A stretch of DNA of 64,000 bases from Eremomyces bilateralis CBS 781.70 (taxonomy: Eukaryota), in assembly GCA_010015585.1 (NCBI GenBank), contig ML975149.1, one strand, 5' to 3'. A model generated the notes under the pieces. It made no database searches, was not told where the DNA came from, and worked only from the letters and a program-made list of their open reading frames with translations. Positions 50,190-62,673 of the stretch are shown here, piece by piece (within the stretch, counting starts at the first letter, position 1; each line of letters starts with the position of its first letter). A program made the position numbers and the translations under genes.

Positions 50190-51541
50190 CTAATTTGCCA
50201 GTGGTACCTCGTCAAACTCCTTTTTCATAAACACCTTCAACCTCGCCAACCCCTTTTCCAACGTCTCCGTGTCCGCGACAAACCCAATCCTGACATACCC
50301 AGGGAACTCATCCCCGAAACACCTCCTTCCCGGAGCGAAGAGCACTCCCGCCTTCTCCAAGATCGCCTCGCACAGTTTCTCCGAGTCGACCGCCTTCCCC
50401 TCTCGGTGGAACCTCACAAACGCCGTCGTCCCTGCGACCGGCTTCACCCATTCGCACTCGTCATCAAACTTGATCACGAACCGCTCTAAAATCGCCAGGT
50501 TCGTCTTGGCGAGTTGGATGTTTCGGCTAAGAAGGTGGTGGACAGTGTCGTAGCTGAGCGCGAATGCGGCCACTTGCTCGTCTAGTTGACTCACCGATAT
50601 GGTAGTGTAGTGGCGCGTCCCTGCAATTTTCTCGACTAGTTCTCGGCTGCGGGAGGCGATCCAACCGACTCGTATACCTGCGAGAGCGTAGGCTTTGGAC
50701 ATGGAGCCGGTGGCGATGGCGTTGTCGTAGCCCATTGATAGGATGGATCGGGGGAACTCGGGGTCCATGGGTCCGATGGAATGGAAGGCGGGGCGGTAGA
50801 CCTCGTCAGATAGGATGATTAGGTTGTGCTCCTGGGCTAAGTCGATGACCTGCTGGAGAAGACTTCGTGGCAATACCGCACCGGTGGGGTTATTTGGGTT
50901 ACTATCATATGCTCAGCAGGATGTCCCAACCCTTGCCATTGATGACTCACTTCAAAACCAGGAGTTTTGTGTTTTTCTTGATCAGCCCTTTTAGATCTTC
51001 GATATCCGGGATCCACTTGGCTTCGGCCTTTGCTTTCCACAGATCGACTTCCGCACCCAGCGACGCGGGAACCGAGTATAGCTGTTGATATGTAGGATAA
51101 TGGCAGACCACATGGTCCCCGGGCCCAATCAACGAGTAGAAAACCAGGTGATTCGCGGCGATCGCCCCATTCGTGATCAAGATGTTGTCCTCTGGAAGGG
51201 GGGTGCTGACTTTCGAGGAGTACAGCTTGGCCAAGTTTGACCGCAACGGCGAGGATCCCCGGATCGCTCCATATGTGAGCTTTTGGTTTCGGTCAATCTC
51301 CAATCCGGTTTTGTTCTCGGATAGATCTTGTAGCTCGTTGAGGGATATGGAGGAGCAGCATGTTTCAGCGATGTTGTATTCGCACTTGTTCTCCCACTCG
51401 TCCATCCACTAGCAGGTTGGGTCAGTCAATACATATTGAACAGGGGAACTTGCTGTTTGGGTCTCTAGGGATATGAGAGTTCGTCGAATGCACAATATAG
51501 CTACTTACATCCTCAATTTGGAAAGGTTCAAGCTGAACCAT
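50190..51541 (-). CDS. PLP-dependent aminotransferase class I/II; 3 exons (51541-51509, about 51408-50951, about 50900-50190)
   Basis: MVQLEPFQIED|WMD, NNPNNPTG, SDEVY, GSMSKAYALAGIRVGW (PLP lysine), YVRIGF. Confidence 0.9.
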
Positions 51542-53418
51542 GATGAGACTGGTACTGCAAGCAACCGGCGGAAATGTGAACAATGAACCCTAAAAGATTC
51601 CGACGGAACTCGACTCGACTAGGACAGTGGGACTGAATGATAAGACGACCTGGGATATTCAATGATATTCAATATAGGCCTCTCAGAACCAACCAAAGCA
51701 AGATATTCTTTGACGTCCGTTAAGATTTTATAGTCAGTTGCTTATGGACTTTAACAACCGCAATACGCCCTACAGCTTGACATACGTAGTACGCTGTGCA
51801 GATGGGTATTTTAAACGTATGATTATGATATTTCCGTTCGCACGCATTTGGAAAATGATAGTAATGTTGACAGTATCAAATACGGATAACTACAGGTTGG
51901 AATGTTGTTGAATTCGGGTGGGCCGCTGGCTAGGTTCCTTGTTCGTCTCTCCACCCCAAGTCAAGGCGAGATATCGGGATACCATATCCTACAACGGGTT
52001 TTCTTTTCTTAATATGATTTGGTTCTATCGTGAAGTTTGTCTATAATTTCATGTTGTCCATTAAGCCTAAGATGATTCCGATAGACATGCTCATACTTGT
52101 CCTTCTGTGGTACGCAACCTGTTGCTGAATTGATACTTCCCCATGCATGCGCGCATCTTGTCTCTGGATAGCTCCTCTGCTATATCGTTCAACTACATAT
52201 CTCCACTGACCTGGACCTCACTTTCGGTTCATAACGTACATTCATGAGAATGCTCGTCTACAGCACTGCCTGTTCATGACTATCGCACGAGATTCTCCGG
52301 GACAGGCAACGACTTGCAGCGAAGACTAGCGATTTTCCTTCTTCCGGTGAAGATTTGGGTCAACTCGCCTCAACATCTTTTCTAATTCTTGGATCAAGGC
52401 TATAACGTGGCTCCTGAAAGTGGAGCTCGACTGGCTGCATGACCACTTGTGGTCCAGTCAACTTTCACCGCCATGAAGCTGCGCCGCAGATATCAAAACT
52501 CAGGACGGTCATCCTGACAAGAAGAAACGAAACATTCTCGCGGATTCCGATGACCAATGAGGAGAAGAGGAAATGATGCCGTTCTCCTGTTCCATATCGT
52601 CAGTGACGACCAAATAGCACCATTGCACATTCCGCTCGATCCGGTAGAGGGGCGGAGAACATGGGCAGCCCAGCCGTTCTTCTACGACTGCGCCACATCG
52701 TGACTGGGTGCTACTCATCCAGTTATGCGACCGGAAACCTCTGGTAGGCTGCTGACTCTATGAAGTCGCAGTGACCTGTGGCTGGGTGCAGTATTCAGGC
52801 AAAAGATTCTAGGCTTGTTCTCTCCAAGCGGAGGGTTGAGGTGACGAAAAATCGGAGACCTCTCCTCGAGGCTGGTGCAAGTCGGGAACCCCGCGCTATC
52901 GCTGCATCGTGCCAATGCCTACTACAGTACTTCAGGCTAGCGGGGCCAATGAATTGGGATTTGGGCCCATTACTATCAGCGGACAATGTTGTTGTCGCAA
53001 TATTTAAAGGATGAGGCGTTGCACAGGAATGAGGCGCCCAACAGAGGTCGTCTTGTCGAAACCACTGCTTCTTCATCAAGCACTGGAGGCGTTTTTGTCC
53101 TTCAAATAGCCTCTCCAGCCAACGAACGTGTGGTTATCAAACCCCTGCGAATGCCATGGCGCATGAACAGAATCCTGATGTGTGAGTGAATTTTCTTAGC
53201 TGGTCGAACCAAGAGCCTTAGGGGGCCGAATGGCAGCCTCATGTAGTATCAGCTTCATTTAGCACCAGACTAAGCAGCGCTCATATGCGTGCGAGGCAGC
53301 GAGCATGCACTTAAAAAGGATAGCCTTCCCCGCAAATTTCAGAGGAGCTGGGAATTGGTTCAACAAGACAGGAGGAGATATTCTGAAGCTCGTTAGAGAC
53401 GAGACGATCGCATCAAAC

Positions 53419-55299
53419 ATGACGTTTTACAACAAGCACGTTACCCCTAACGCCACTTATAGGTACGAAATGCTGCCGGAAGGAGAGCACCTGCGGGTCC
53501 TCAAGCTTGAGCCCGGACGAGGCGACGACCCGCTCCTCTGCCATCTGGAAGTCCTGTCTGTGAAAGACGCCTGGCGCAAGTACGAAGCCATCAGCTACGT
53601 CTGGGGAAATCCGGACGACACGCGCTACATTGTGTTGGACGGCCACGAGCTCCCGATCACCACGAGCCTGTATGATGCGCTGAAGCACTTCCGCAACCCC
53701 GAGACGGACGTGACGCTCTGGGCGGACTCGGTGTGCATCCAGCAGTCGAATCCGCCGGAGAAGGGTCGTCAGGTGCAATTGATGGGGAAGATCTACGAAG
53801 GGGCGGCGAGAGTGCGGGTGTGGCTGGGCGTCGACAAGCGCGGCGTTGCGAAAGAGACCATCGAGTTTATGAAGAGCCAGGTGGACGTTGCGCGGAAGTT
53901 GTGCGAAGAGCATGGCGGATTGCGGCAGATCCCAACGCTTCCCGCCGCGGAGAATCCAGTCAGTCAGGATCCGCTGAAGTGGGAGCTTTACAAGGCATTT
54001 ACTGAGTTGCCTTGGTTCATGCGTGTGTGGGTCATTCAAGAGGTGGGCGTCGCCGTCGACGTCGCCATGTACTGGGGCGGAGCCGAACTGCAGTTCAGCG
54101 ACCTCATCAACCTCAACGAGTTCATGTTCTACACCCAGCAGCTTTTCTCGGTCTGCCCCATCGCTTGGCAGCTTCACGATGTGTTCGGCGGCGTGTTCAA
54201 CCACTATCGGAACGCTGAATCGTGGCGCGGACAGCTCATCCCGGACATATCGATCGAAGCGCAACGGCTCTCCCCTTCGTCGAATCTGTTTGGCGTGCTC
54301 ATCCAAGGGTGTCGTCGCAATGTCACCGACCTTCGGGACTATATCTATGCCTTCCTGGCACATCCGCTTGCCTGGAATGGAGACGAGCAGATTGTGAAAG
54401 CAGACTATGAGAAAGAGGTTGAGGACTTGTACTTCGAGGTCTCTGCCAAATTACTGCGATGGCTGGATCCGGGTCGCGCCCTCGCCATGCCCGGCTGCAT
54501 GGGCCTTCGGCAACCGCCAGACCTCGACAGCGACACCCCCTCCTGGGTTATCCGCTGGGAACTCGGTCTACGCATGTCATCTCTCGGCGTGCCTGGTCAC
54601 TGGCACTACGCTGGCGGCACGACCTCCAAACCCCAAGTCACCGTCGACGAGCCCTCCAAATCCCTCAAGCTCTCCGGCATCGTCTTCGACCAAGTCTCCT
54701 GGGCCTCCGAAGTGATCCGCCGCGAGGACGCCGCCATCGACAGCCTGATCGCGGACCCCGAGCGCACCCCCGCCCTCGACTGGATCTGGGCCGACCTGAA
54801 AAACCAACCGTGCCGGTATCCCGAGGACGCGCGCCACGACATGATGACGCTCTCCCTTGTCGCCGGCCGCTATAAACCGGACCAGAAGGCCGAAGACGAT
54901 ATGCCGCACCACCGACGCACCACGCAGAACTACTCGCGCTACATCGAGTTCGCCCGCAAGGCCGCGGCTGCGACCGAGCCGATCCCGGATGAGGGGCAGC
55001 TGAGGGCGGATGCGCGAGATTATGAGGACTCGTACGCGTGGACGGCGCCGGAGCGGCGGTTCTTCGTGACGGAGAAGGGGTTCTATGGGATTGGACCGCC
55101 GCTGATAAAGCCGGAGGATCACGTCGTCGTCGTTCCGGGGCTCATGGTTCCGTATGTGCTGCGACCGACGAAGGTGGAGGATCAATATAAACTGGTTGGA
55201 GTGTGCTATGTGCACGGGGTGATGAGGGGAGAGATTGTCGACGCCAGCGATCCGTTGGGATTGGGTGCTGGAGAAGCGAAGGAGATTGTGATTGTGTAG
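53419..55299 (+). CDS. HET-domain (heterokaryon incompatibility, HET-6-like) protein
   Basis: YEAISYVWG, LWADSVCIQQ..EKGRQVQLMGKIY, WFMRVWVIQE, RRFFVTEKG..GIGP, LVGVCYVHGVMRGE; the ORF opens at 53305, with MTFYNK at 53419 the likely start. Confidence 0.92.
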   Translation: MTFYNKHVTPNATYRYEMLPEGEHLRVLKLEPGRGDDPLLCHLEVLSVKDAWRKYEAISYVWGNPDDTRYIVLDGHELPITTSLYDALKHFRNPETDVTLWADSVCIQQSNPPEKGRQVQLMGKIYEGAARVRVWLGVDKRGVAKETIEFMKSQVDVARKLCEEHGGLRQIPTLPAAENPVSQDPLKWELYKAFTELPWFMRVWVIQEVGVAVDVAMYWGGAELQFSDLINLNEFMFYTQQLFSVCPIAWQLHDVFGGVFNHYRNAESWRGQLIPDISIEAQRLSPSSNLFGVLIQGCRRNVTDLRDYIYAFLAHPLAWNGDEQIVKADYEKEVEDLYFEVSAKLLRWLDPGRALAMPGCMGLRQPPDLDSDTPSWVIRWELGLRMSSLGVPGHWHYAGGTTSKPQVTVDEPSKSLKLSGIVFDQVSWASEVIRREDAAIDSLIADPERTPALDWIWADLKNQPCRYPEDARHDMMTLSLVAGRYKPDQKAEDDMPHHRRTTQNYSRYIEFARKAAAATEPIPDEGQLRADARDYEDSYAWTAPERRFFVTEKGFYGIGPPLIKPEDHVVVVPGLMVPYVLRPTKVEDQYKLVGVCYVHGVMRGEIVDASDPLGLGAGEAKEIVIV

Positions 55300-55963
55300 A
55301 GGAAATGATTAGGATGACGCCGATTATGACTTTGCTGGGGCGTGTTTTATAGTATAGCGAGCTACGGATTACGAAAAGAAAATGACAATAGATTGATTTG
55401 ATTTGGATGGATACATTGGAATTGAAGAGCACCGTTTCTTAGATATTAGGGATAGACATCGTCACGTTCATCTTTCTCGGCCGGAGCGGGAAACCTGAAG
55501 CCGAACCCCCGTTTTACCTCCCTGACGATTGGTGGCTGATGCGCATCCCATGAACTCTATCGTATTGACCAAGACCACATGCATGGCCTCTCAGTTACTC
55601 CATACTCCGGTTCCTAATATCGAATCTGATAACTAGTCATACTTTACTAGGCTACAGCAACCCTCCTATTTCATATTCTCTCCTGTTGAAGTCTTCCTAT
55701 ACATTTAGTAGCTATACTCCTTAAAGATAGCCGACAGACGAGAGACCTGGTAGTTCTTGGTGAAGTCCGGTCCCCGCAATCCCCGTCATCCATCTCCTTC
55801 AGGTACCACCTACAAGTCACGTCCACGAGACACCTTGCCATATGCTGCGAGCTCCAGAGGTTATAATACACATCACACCTGCGACCTACGTCCTTCCGAT
55901 GCCTACGTGAAGCTCCTCCGACTCGGTATCATCTCCCTAACCTATCCCTTCCCCGACCTCACG

Positions 55964-58900
55964 ATGCGGCGACCACTATCGAGCTCGCTGCTCGCCGCCG
56001 CAGCTCTCTCCTTGCTCCCGATAACCTTCGCATCCGCCCAACAAACCTTTGCGAACTTCACTTCGATCGATCTGAGACCCCGGACGGTTTTCGACGATCG
56101 ACCAGAGGACTGTCCGCCGTGCTTCAACTGCAACTTGGACGACTTCACGTGCCACCAGTTCGCCAACTGCTCCAAGGCGAGCGGCAAATGTATCTGTCCA
56201 CCAGGGTTTGGTGGCGACGATTGCAGCACTCCGTTGTGTGGCAGCTTGGCGGATAGAGATCGAGCTCCGCGGGCAGGTGATACGTGCGACTGTAATGACG
56301 GGTGGACGGGCATAAACTGCAACCTGTGCAAAACGGACAATGCATGTAACGCGTTTATGCCAGAGGGCAAGGGTGGCGTATGCTACCAGCAAGGGTTGAT
56401 GGTGAAGGAGAACTACCAGATGTGCGATATTACCAACAAGAAGATCCTACAGCAGTTGAAAGGGAAGGTTCCGCAGGCCACCTTCGCCTGCAACGCGGAC
56501 CGGGAAGAGTGTAACTTTCAGTGTAAGGCCCTTTCTCTGTTGACAGCAATAGACCTCCCACTAACATATGTATAGTTTGGGTGGACGAAAAAGAATCCTT
56601 CTATTGCGCATTGGACACGTGCGTTTGGGATGTTCAAATGGAAGCGAATCGCAACACGACCAAATATACCTGCGAGAACATATCGTGCGCCTGCGTACCA
56701 GGAAGGATGCTCTGCGGTGAATCGGGATCGGTCGATATCGGCGAATTTCTGGAAGAGTCTATCAAGGGACCGGCATCCTTCGCGACCATCGCCACGGAAG
56801 GCGGAAGTAAAGATGATGGAAGCGTGTTCTCCGAACCTGCCATGAACGATCTGATCTCCAGTATTTTCGGCGACAAGAGCATCTTCCTCAGTTGCAATGC
56901 CGGTGAATGTCTCTATAAGACCGAAGTCCCCGGCTACGAGCGACCGATCAAGAAGATCAACACACCGCTCATCGCCGGCATCATCGCTGGATGTGCGCTC
57001 TTTGTCGTCGCTGTCATCCTCCTGGTGTGGTACCTGACGAGACGATCCGCTGCTCGGGGTGGTTACGGTCCCATCCATATCTCCGATGATGAGGAGGACG
57101 AGAACGCCAGGTTGCTTGCGGGTCACAATCCTGCAGGGCTGTATTTCCAGAATGTCTCGTATAGACTGAACGGAAAGCAAATCCTCGCGGGCATTGAAGG
57201 TGCGGTGCATCCGGGACAACTCATGGCGATCATGGGGGCTTCTGGTGCAGGCAAAACGACCTTCCTCGACATTCTTGCGAGAAAGAACAAGCGTGGGGTC
57301 GTGGACGGTGACATCTACGTCAACGGAGAATTTATCCCGGATGATGAATTCAAGAGCGTTATTGGCTTCGTGGACCAAGAAGATACCATGCTGGCAACGC
57401 TGACTGTCCACGAGACCATCCTGGACAGCGCGAAGCTTCGCCTACCAAGGGAGATGAGTGTCCAAGCGAAGGAGCAACGAGTTGAGGATGTTGAAAGGCA
57501 GCTAGGGATTTATCACATCCGCAATCAAATTATCGGCTCCGAGGAGGGCCAACGGGGTATCTCAGGAGGTGAGAAGCGTCGGGTGGGCATTGCTTGCGAA
57601 CTGGTCACCAGTCCCAGCATCCTTTTCCTCGATGAGCCAACTTCTGGACTTGATGCATACAATGCCTTCAATGTTGTGGAATGTCTGGTCAATCTGGTCA
57701 GGAATTATAACCGAACCGTCGTCTTTACCATCCATCAACCACGGTCCAACATCGTGGCCCTCTTCGATCAACTCGTCCTCCTCGCCCGAGGCCGCATGGT
57801 CTACTCTGGCCCCCTCCCCAGCTGTCAATCGTACTTCGACAGCCTCGGCTTCAGTTGTCCCCCGGGCTTCAACATCGCCGATTACCTCGTCGACCTCACC
57901 ATGCACGCTGGAACGCCCCATACCCCAATCGACGAAGATTCCTCCCTCTTCGCCGCACCGTTGGGCCTGCGCACCTCCGCCAGCAGTGCCATCGCCGTCA
58001 AATCCATCCCGAGCGTCTCCAATCTCTCCAACCACGACGATCCCTCGCCCGCCAGCCCCTCCGAAGAGCGCCGATCACTCCTCCGCCCCTCCGAAGAGCG
58101 CCAATCTCTCCTCCGTCCCAAAGGCAAGCGCCGCACCTCCATCCGCGCCCTCCAAGAACGCCAGCTCTTCACCCGCAAGAAACAGCGAGCCGACGACGTC
58201 GCGAGCACCCCGCGCACCGACGACGAAGGATCCATGGCCGATCCGAACGAGGAACCCCAGCAATGGCTCCGCCTATCCAAACAGCATGGCCTTCCGCCCC
58301 CGCAGATCCTCGATGATCCAGACCACCTTCCACCCCCGGCGAGCGGCGGCACCGGCACGAACCTCGACATGCTAGTCGCCAGCTTCACGTCGTCCGACGT
58401 CGCCGCGGCGCTGCACGAGGACATCTACGCGGCGATCGACTCCGCCACCGCGGCGAACACGCCTACCGCGGACGGCGCGCTCACGCCCAATGGCAGCGGG
58501 CTCGGCTACGCCAAAATCAAGGGGTTCCGCAAGGTCGGGTATCTAGGTCAGACGGCGATCCTGTCTGTGCGCACGTGGCGCAACCTCTACCGCAACCCGA
58601 TGCTGATGCTCACGCACTACGCCATAGCCATCGTGCTGGCCGTGTTCCTCGGGTTCCTCTTCTACGGGCTCACCGACGACATCAAAGGGTTCCAAAACCG
58701 GCTCGGGCTGTTCTTCTTCCTGCTTGCGCTCTTCGGGTTCAGCACGCTGACGACGCTCACCGTCTTCCACCCGGAGCGGCTGCTCTTCGTCCGCGAGCGC
58801 GCCAAGGGGTACTACTACCCGATCTCGTACTTCACCGCCAAGGTCATCTTCGACATCGTGCCGCTGCGACTGATCCCGCCGCTGATCATGGGCGCCATCG

Positions 58901-59423
58901 TGTATCCGATGACGGGCCTGGTGCCGCAGTGGGCCGAGTTCTTGCGGTTCATCTTGTTCCTCGTGCTGTTCAACCTCGCCGCCGCGGCCATGTGTCTGTT
59001 CATCGGCGTCATCATCCACAATCCGGGCGTGGCGAACTTGATCGGGAGCTTGGTGATGTTGTTTAGTTTATTGTTTGGTGGATTTTTGCTGAATCATGAG
59101 ACGATCCCGGGGGCCTTGCGGTGGTTGCAATCCGTAAGTTCTCCCACTTCATACTTACACATTTTCGAGTCTAACTCTATCTCTAGCTCTCGATATTCCA
59201 CTATGGCTTCGAAGGACTCATCGTCAACGAAGTCGTCACGCTCAGCCTCGTCGATCATAAATATGGTCTAGACATCGAAGTGCCAGGCGCGGCCATCCTC
59301 AGCTCCTTTGGATTCAACACCCAGGCACTCTGGGACGATTGTATTGGCTTGGCCGTAATATGTGGGGCGTTCATCGTCGTCACGTATCTGGCCATGCATG
59401 TGATGCTGATCGAGAAGAGATAA
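55964..59423 (+). CDS. ADP1: ABCG half-transporter with an N-terminal EGF-like Cys-rich ectodomain; introns 56523-56575 and 59134-59186
   Basis: Signal peptide, [48 protein letters not shown]2 membrane domain. Confidence 0.93.
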
Positions 59424-59741
59424 TCGGATGATCGTTTGAGCATGCAGATGTCTGGACGTGTTGGTTTTGGATAGACTACATCGCGAGCTAGGACCGAGGC
59501 GGTCATTGTATATATATATACCTAGATCTTGCTCGTGCTGGATGTACCGGCTTTTTTGGTCCAGTTCACTTCAAATACATGATTACACAGCTTCAATGCT
59601 ACCGTATTGCATTCATAAACAAACATCCTGCTTAAACTGCTAAGGGAACAAACTGCGCAAAAACCCAACATATCTCGCTCAACCCGCTCCTACGCATCAT
59701 CTAAGAAGAGAATCGTTAAAATCCGTCAAGCCCACCATCAC

Positions 59742-61291
59742 CTACATCTTCTTATCCAACTTCTTCAAAAACCGGCCCACCCCTTTTTCCACCCGCCCAA
59801 ACCCCTGCTCCAGCCTCCCCGTCGCTGCCGGCTGTCCTGGCCCTGGCTTCGCCGGTTGTCCCGCCGCGAGCTGCGCGTACCCACTGTGTCCGTCCCCCGC
59901 CATATCTGCCTCGGTCGGCCGGTAGAGCTGCTGATGCACCATGCCCGGCTGGGTAGCATAGCCTGGCGCTGTAGGTTGTTGCTGTGGTTGCTGCTGCTGG
60001 GGAATATAGCCTGGGGAGAAGGGTTGAGGAGGCTGTTGGGGTGCGTAGCCTGCTGGGGTGGGGGGAGCGGGGGCGGGGGCGGGGGTGTAGTTGGCGTATT
60101 GTGAGGCGGGAGGTTGGGGTTGAGCGGGAGGGGAGGTGGGTTGGGAGGCGTAGAGGTGGGCATTTGGGTCGACGACGGGTTGTTGCGGTGGGGGAGCGAA
60201 GGAGAGGGAGGTGGGTGGGGTTGGTTGGGGAGGGGTGGGGGTGCCGAAGCTGCCGGCGGTGTTGGTTCGCTGAACGCCGATCGCGGAGGGCGGGCCGGGT
60301 ATGTATGGTTGTTGGGGGTATCCTCCAGGCTGCGGGGCGGGGCCAGCGCCGTGCTCCGTGATTGCAGCGGCCACCAGGCCAGTGCCAGTCTCCGCATCTG
60401 GAGGCGGGGGGGTCTTCTCGCGGTGTGCAATAGGCTCAGGAGCAGCTGGTGCGGCGGGATTGTATGCCATGGGAGTATAGTTCGGCGTGGCGCTATCTAC
60501 TGCAGGAGTTGTTGCAGGGCTCACTGGAGTTGCTGCAGGTGCAGGCGCAGGGGCAGGGACGGGCGTCACAGGCATAGGGCTGGAATGCGTCTGCGTCGTG
60601 CTGACATCTCCACTGGGTTGGAATGGCTTCGTCACCGCTAACTTCTCCAGATTTTGGACAACCGGGCTCATGGTATCCTGGTGTTCGGGATGGATGGGGG
60701 CCGGCGCATCTTTTAGGACCAGTTGATGCTCTTGGAGGACCCTCTTAAGGGAATCCAAAAACAGCGTAGCATCTTCGGTGGTCCAGAAATAGATGTCCAA
60801 GGTGTGGATCTTATACATGTACTTATTTTCGTTGCGTAAGTCATACGTGGGAAGATGCCATTGCGAGAGATCTTGCTGGGGACTAAGCGACGGCCTGCCA
60901 TTCGGAGTCGGACGCCCATGGACAGTGATCGTGAACAGATTGGGGTGTTTGTACGAGTACTCGATATGGGACGTGTCAAAATCTGATCCGTTTTAGCCTC
61001 CAGATCTTGATAGAACCACATTGTGCATCTTACACCCTTGAAATGCGTCTTGATCCGGAGTGCCCGCATGGTTTGCTATCTCAACTCGACCCCGCCGTTG
61101 GAGAGCGTCATGGTACAAGTATACGTAGGAGGACCGGTCGAAACGGTGCTGAAGGGGCTTGGAGGATGGAGCATTGAAATAGTAATGGATGTCTGCGAAT
61201 CTATGCACAGTCAGGGCCAGCTTCAAACACGGGTTCCAGGCGTGGGCGCTTACAATGTGAGTAGCGATACTTCGCCCTGAAGGAGTGGCAT
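59742..61291 (-). CDS. Conserved fungal hypothetical protein with a Pro/Gln-rich C-terminal half; 3 exons
   Basis: Spliced MPLLQGEVSLLTL|FADIHYYF...HRFDRSSYVYLY...QDAFQG|YFD...DIYFWT; canonical introns at about 61253-61201 and 61033-60983. Confidence 0.75.
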
Positions 61292-61906
61292 ATTGAGAGC
61301 GCTGTCAGCAGAACTACTGGCGAACGACTCGCGGCTGTGATAACAACAAGGCAAAGACTTCCTAGAACGCTCGACAGCAAAGACTACAAACTTCAAGCTT
61401 CAACAGCAGGACGAGACAGCAAGCGGTATTTACTCGAGATATATTTAGGATCAGCGGCGCCTCGTCATGAATCCGCCAAGCTGCGAAGGGTTAGTCAGCG
61501 CTTGCGGAGATGACAGCCCACCAATCACAGCGTGACCCAAGTATTCGGGATTCTGGGGTCTTATTGCCTTGAAGCCTCAGACATACACTGCACAAGTAGT
61601 GGAGCCTCGGACATTAAGAAGTTGGGAGGTTGTCGCGCCTCAGGCAATGAGGCACCACATCAACCTCGAAATCTTTCCCAAGCTCCATCAATTCTATCCA
61701 CTATCATGCAATTCCACAACCAGTCCATCCTTTACTCCTACGTCGCATTCCGATCCGCCATTGCATTCATGTGCAGAACCGATTAAAAGACTATTCACAC
61801 AACCAGTCCATCGTGATCCAAGCCGTAGCGACCGAACCATCAATCTCGCCCCATTGAGGGCTTCACCTCCACCTCGTCCATCCTCGACAGCCCCCATCTC
61901 CACACT

Positions 61907-62494
61907 ATGTCCCTCGTCAACCTCGCCCACGTCTGCTCCCACCTCCAAAATGCCTCCAAAGCCCGCCTCGGCCTCACCTCAATACCGATGTCGAAGCTCC
62001 ATCTGAAACTCTGCCTGGCACTCCAACACCAAGGCATGGTGTCATCAGTCGACGTCGCCGGCACCAATCCCCCCGTCTCCCCCCAGTGGATGAACCCCGA
62101 CCACGACGTCCTGGGCCACCAGACCGCCAACCCGACCACTCTGCAACTCCAGCCCTGGCGAGCGTATCCCGACCCCGCGGCGGCAAGCGAGCCGGCGCAG
62201 TTTAAGTATGAGGTGCCGGAGAATCCGGCGCAGCGGAGGATATGGCTAGGGTTGAAGTACTGGAGTAACCGGCCGGTACTGTCACAGATGCACCTGATCA
62301 GCAAACCATCGCGGCGGTTGTCGATGGGGTGGAAGGAGATTGGGATCTTGACGAGAGGGTTGCGGCAGGGGTATGTGAAGGGCGTGCAGACGCCGGGGGA
62401 GCTGATATTCGTGGGGACGGATATTGGGATTATGGAGGCGAGGGAATGTGTGGAGCGGAAGGTGGGAGGATTGCTGCTCTGTAGGGCATCATGA
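61907..62494 (+). CDS. MRPS8: Mitochondrial ribosomal protein uS8m
   Basis: LAHVCSHLQNASKARLG, RRIWLGLKYW, ISKPSRR, GIMEAREC..RKVGG.LLCR. Confidence 0.93.
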   Translation: MSLVNLAHVCSHLQNASKARLGLTSIPMSKLHLKLCLALQHQGMVSSVDVAGTNPPVSPQWMNPDHDVLGHQTANPTTLQLQPWRAYPDPAAASEPAQFKYEVPENPAQRRIWLGLKYWSNRPVLSQMHLISKPSRRLSMGWKEIGILTRGLRQGYVKGVQTPGELIFVGTDIGIMEARECVERKVGGLLLCRAS

Positions 62495-62673
62495 TCCGTT
62501 TGCTTGCGGAATGCATTGCGGGGATGCGAACGTCCCTCTGTATCATATAATTGTATACTTTGCACCTTGCGGAGCTTGGGCAGATTGAAGGGTTGGTACA
62601 TCAGGCCAGACGATGGCGCAGAGCAGTCCGTCTGGTGTCACTCACCTCGATCCGATCTCAAATCAACAAGATC

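Noticed and set aside
52150..53200. Protein-like fragments upstream of the HET gene
   Set aside because: Multiple stops and no identifiable family.
11483..62494. Readthrough contexts (CARYYA or TGA-CTA) at other genes' stop codons
   Set aside because: Not present at the stops I inspected (RCF1, Rab, SAC1, DUF899, MIC60, MPDU1, EVE, RPS2, HsbA, aminotransferase, HET).
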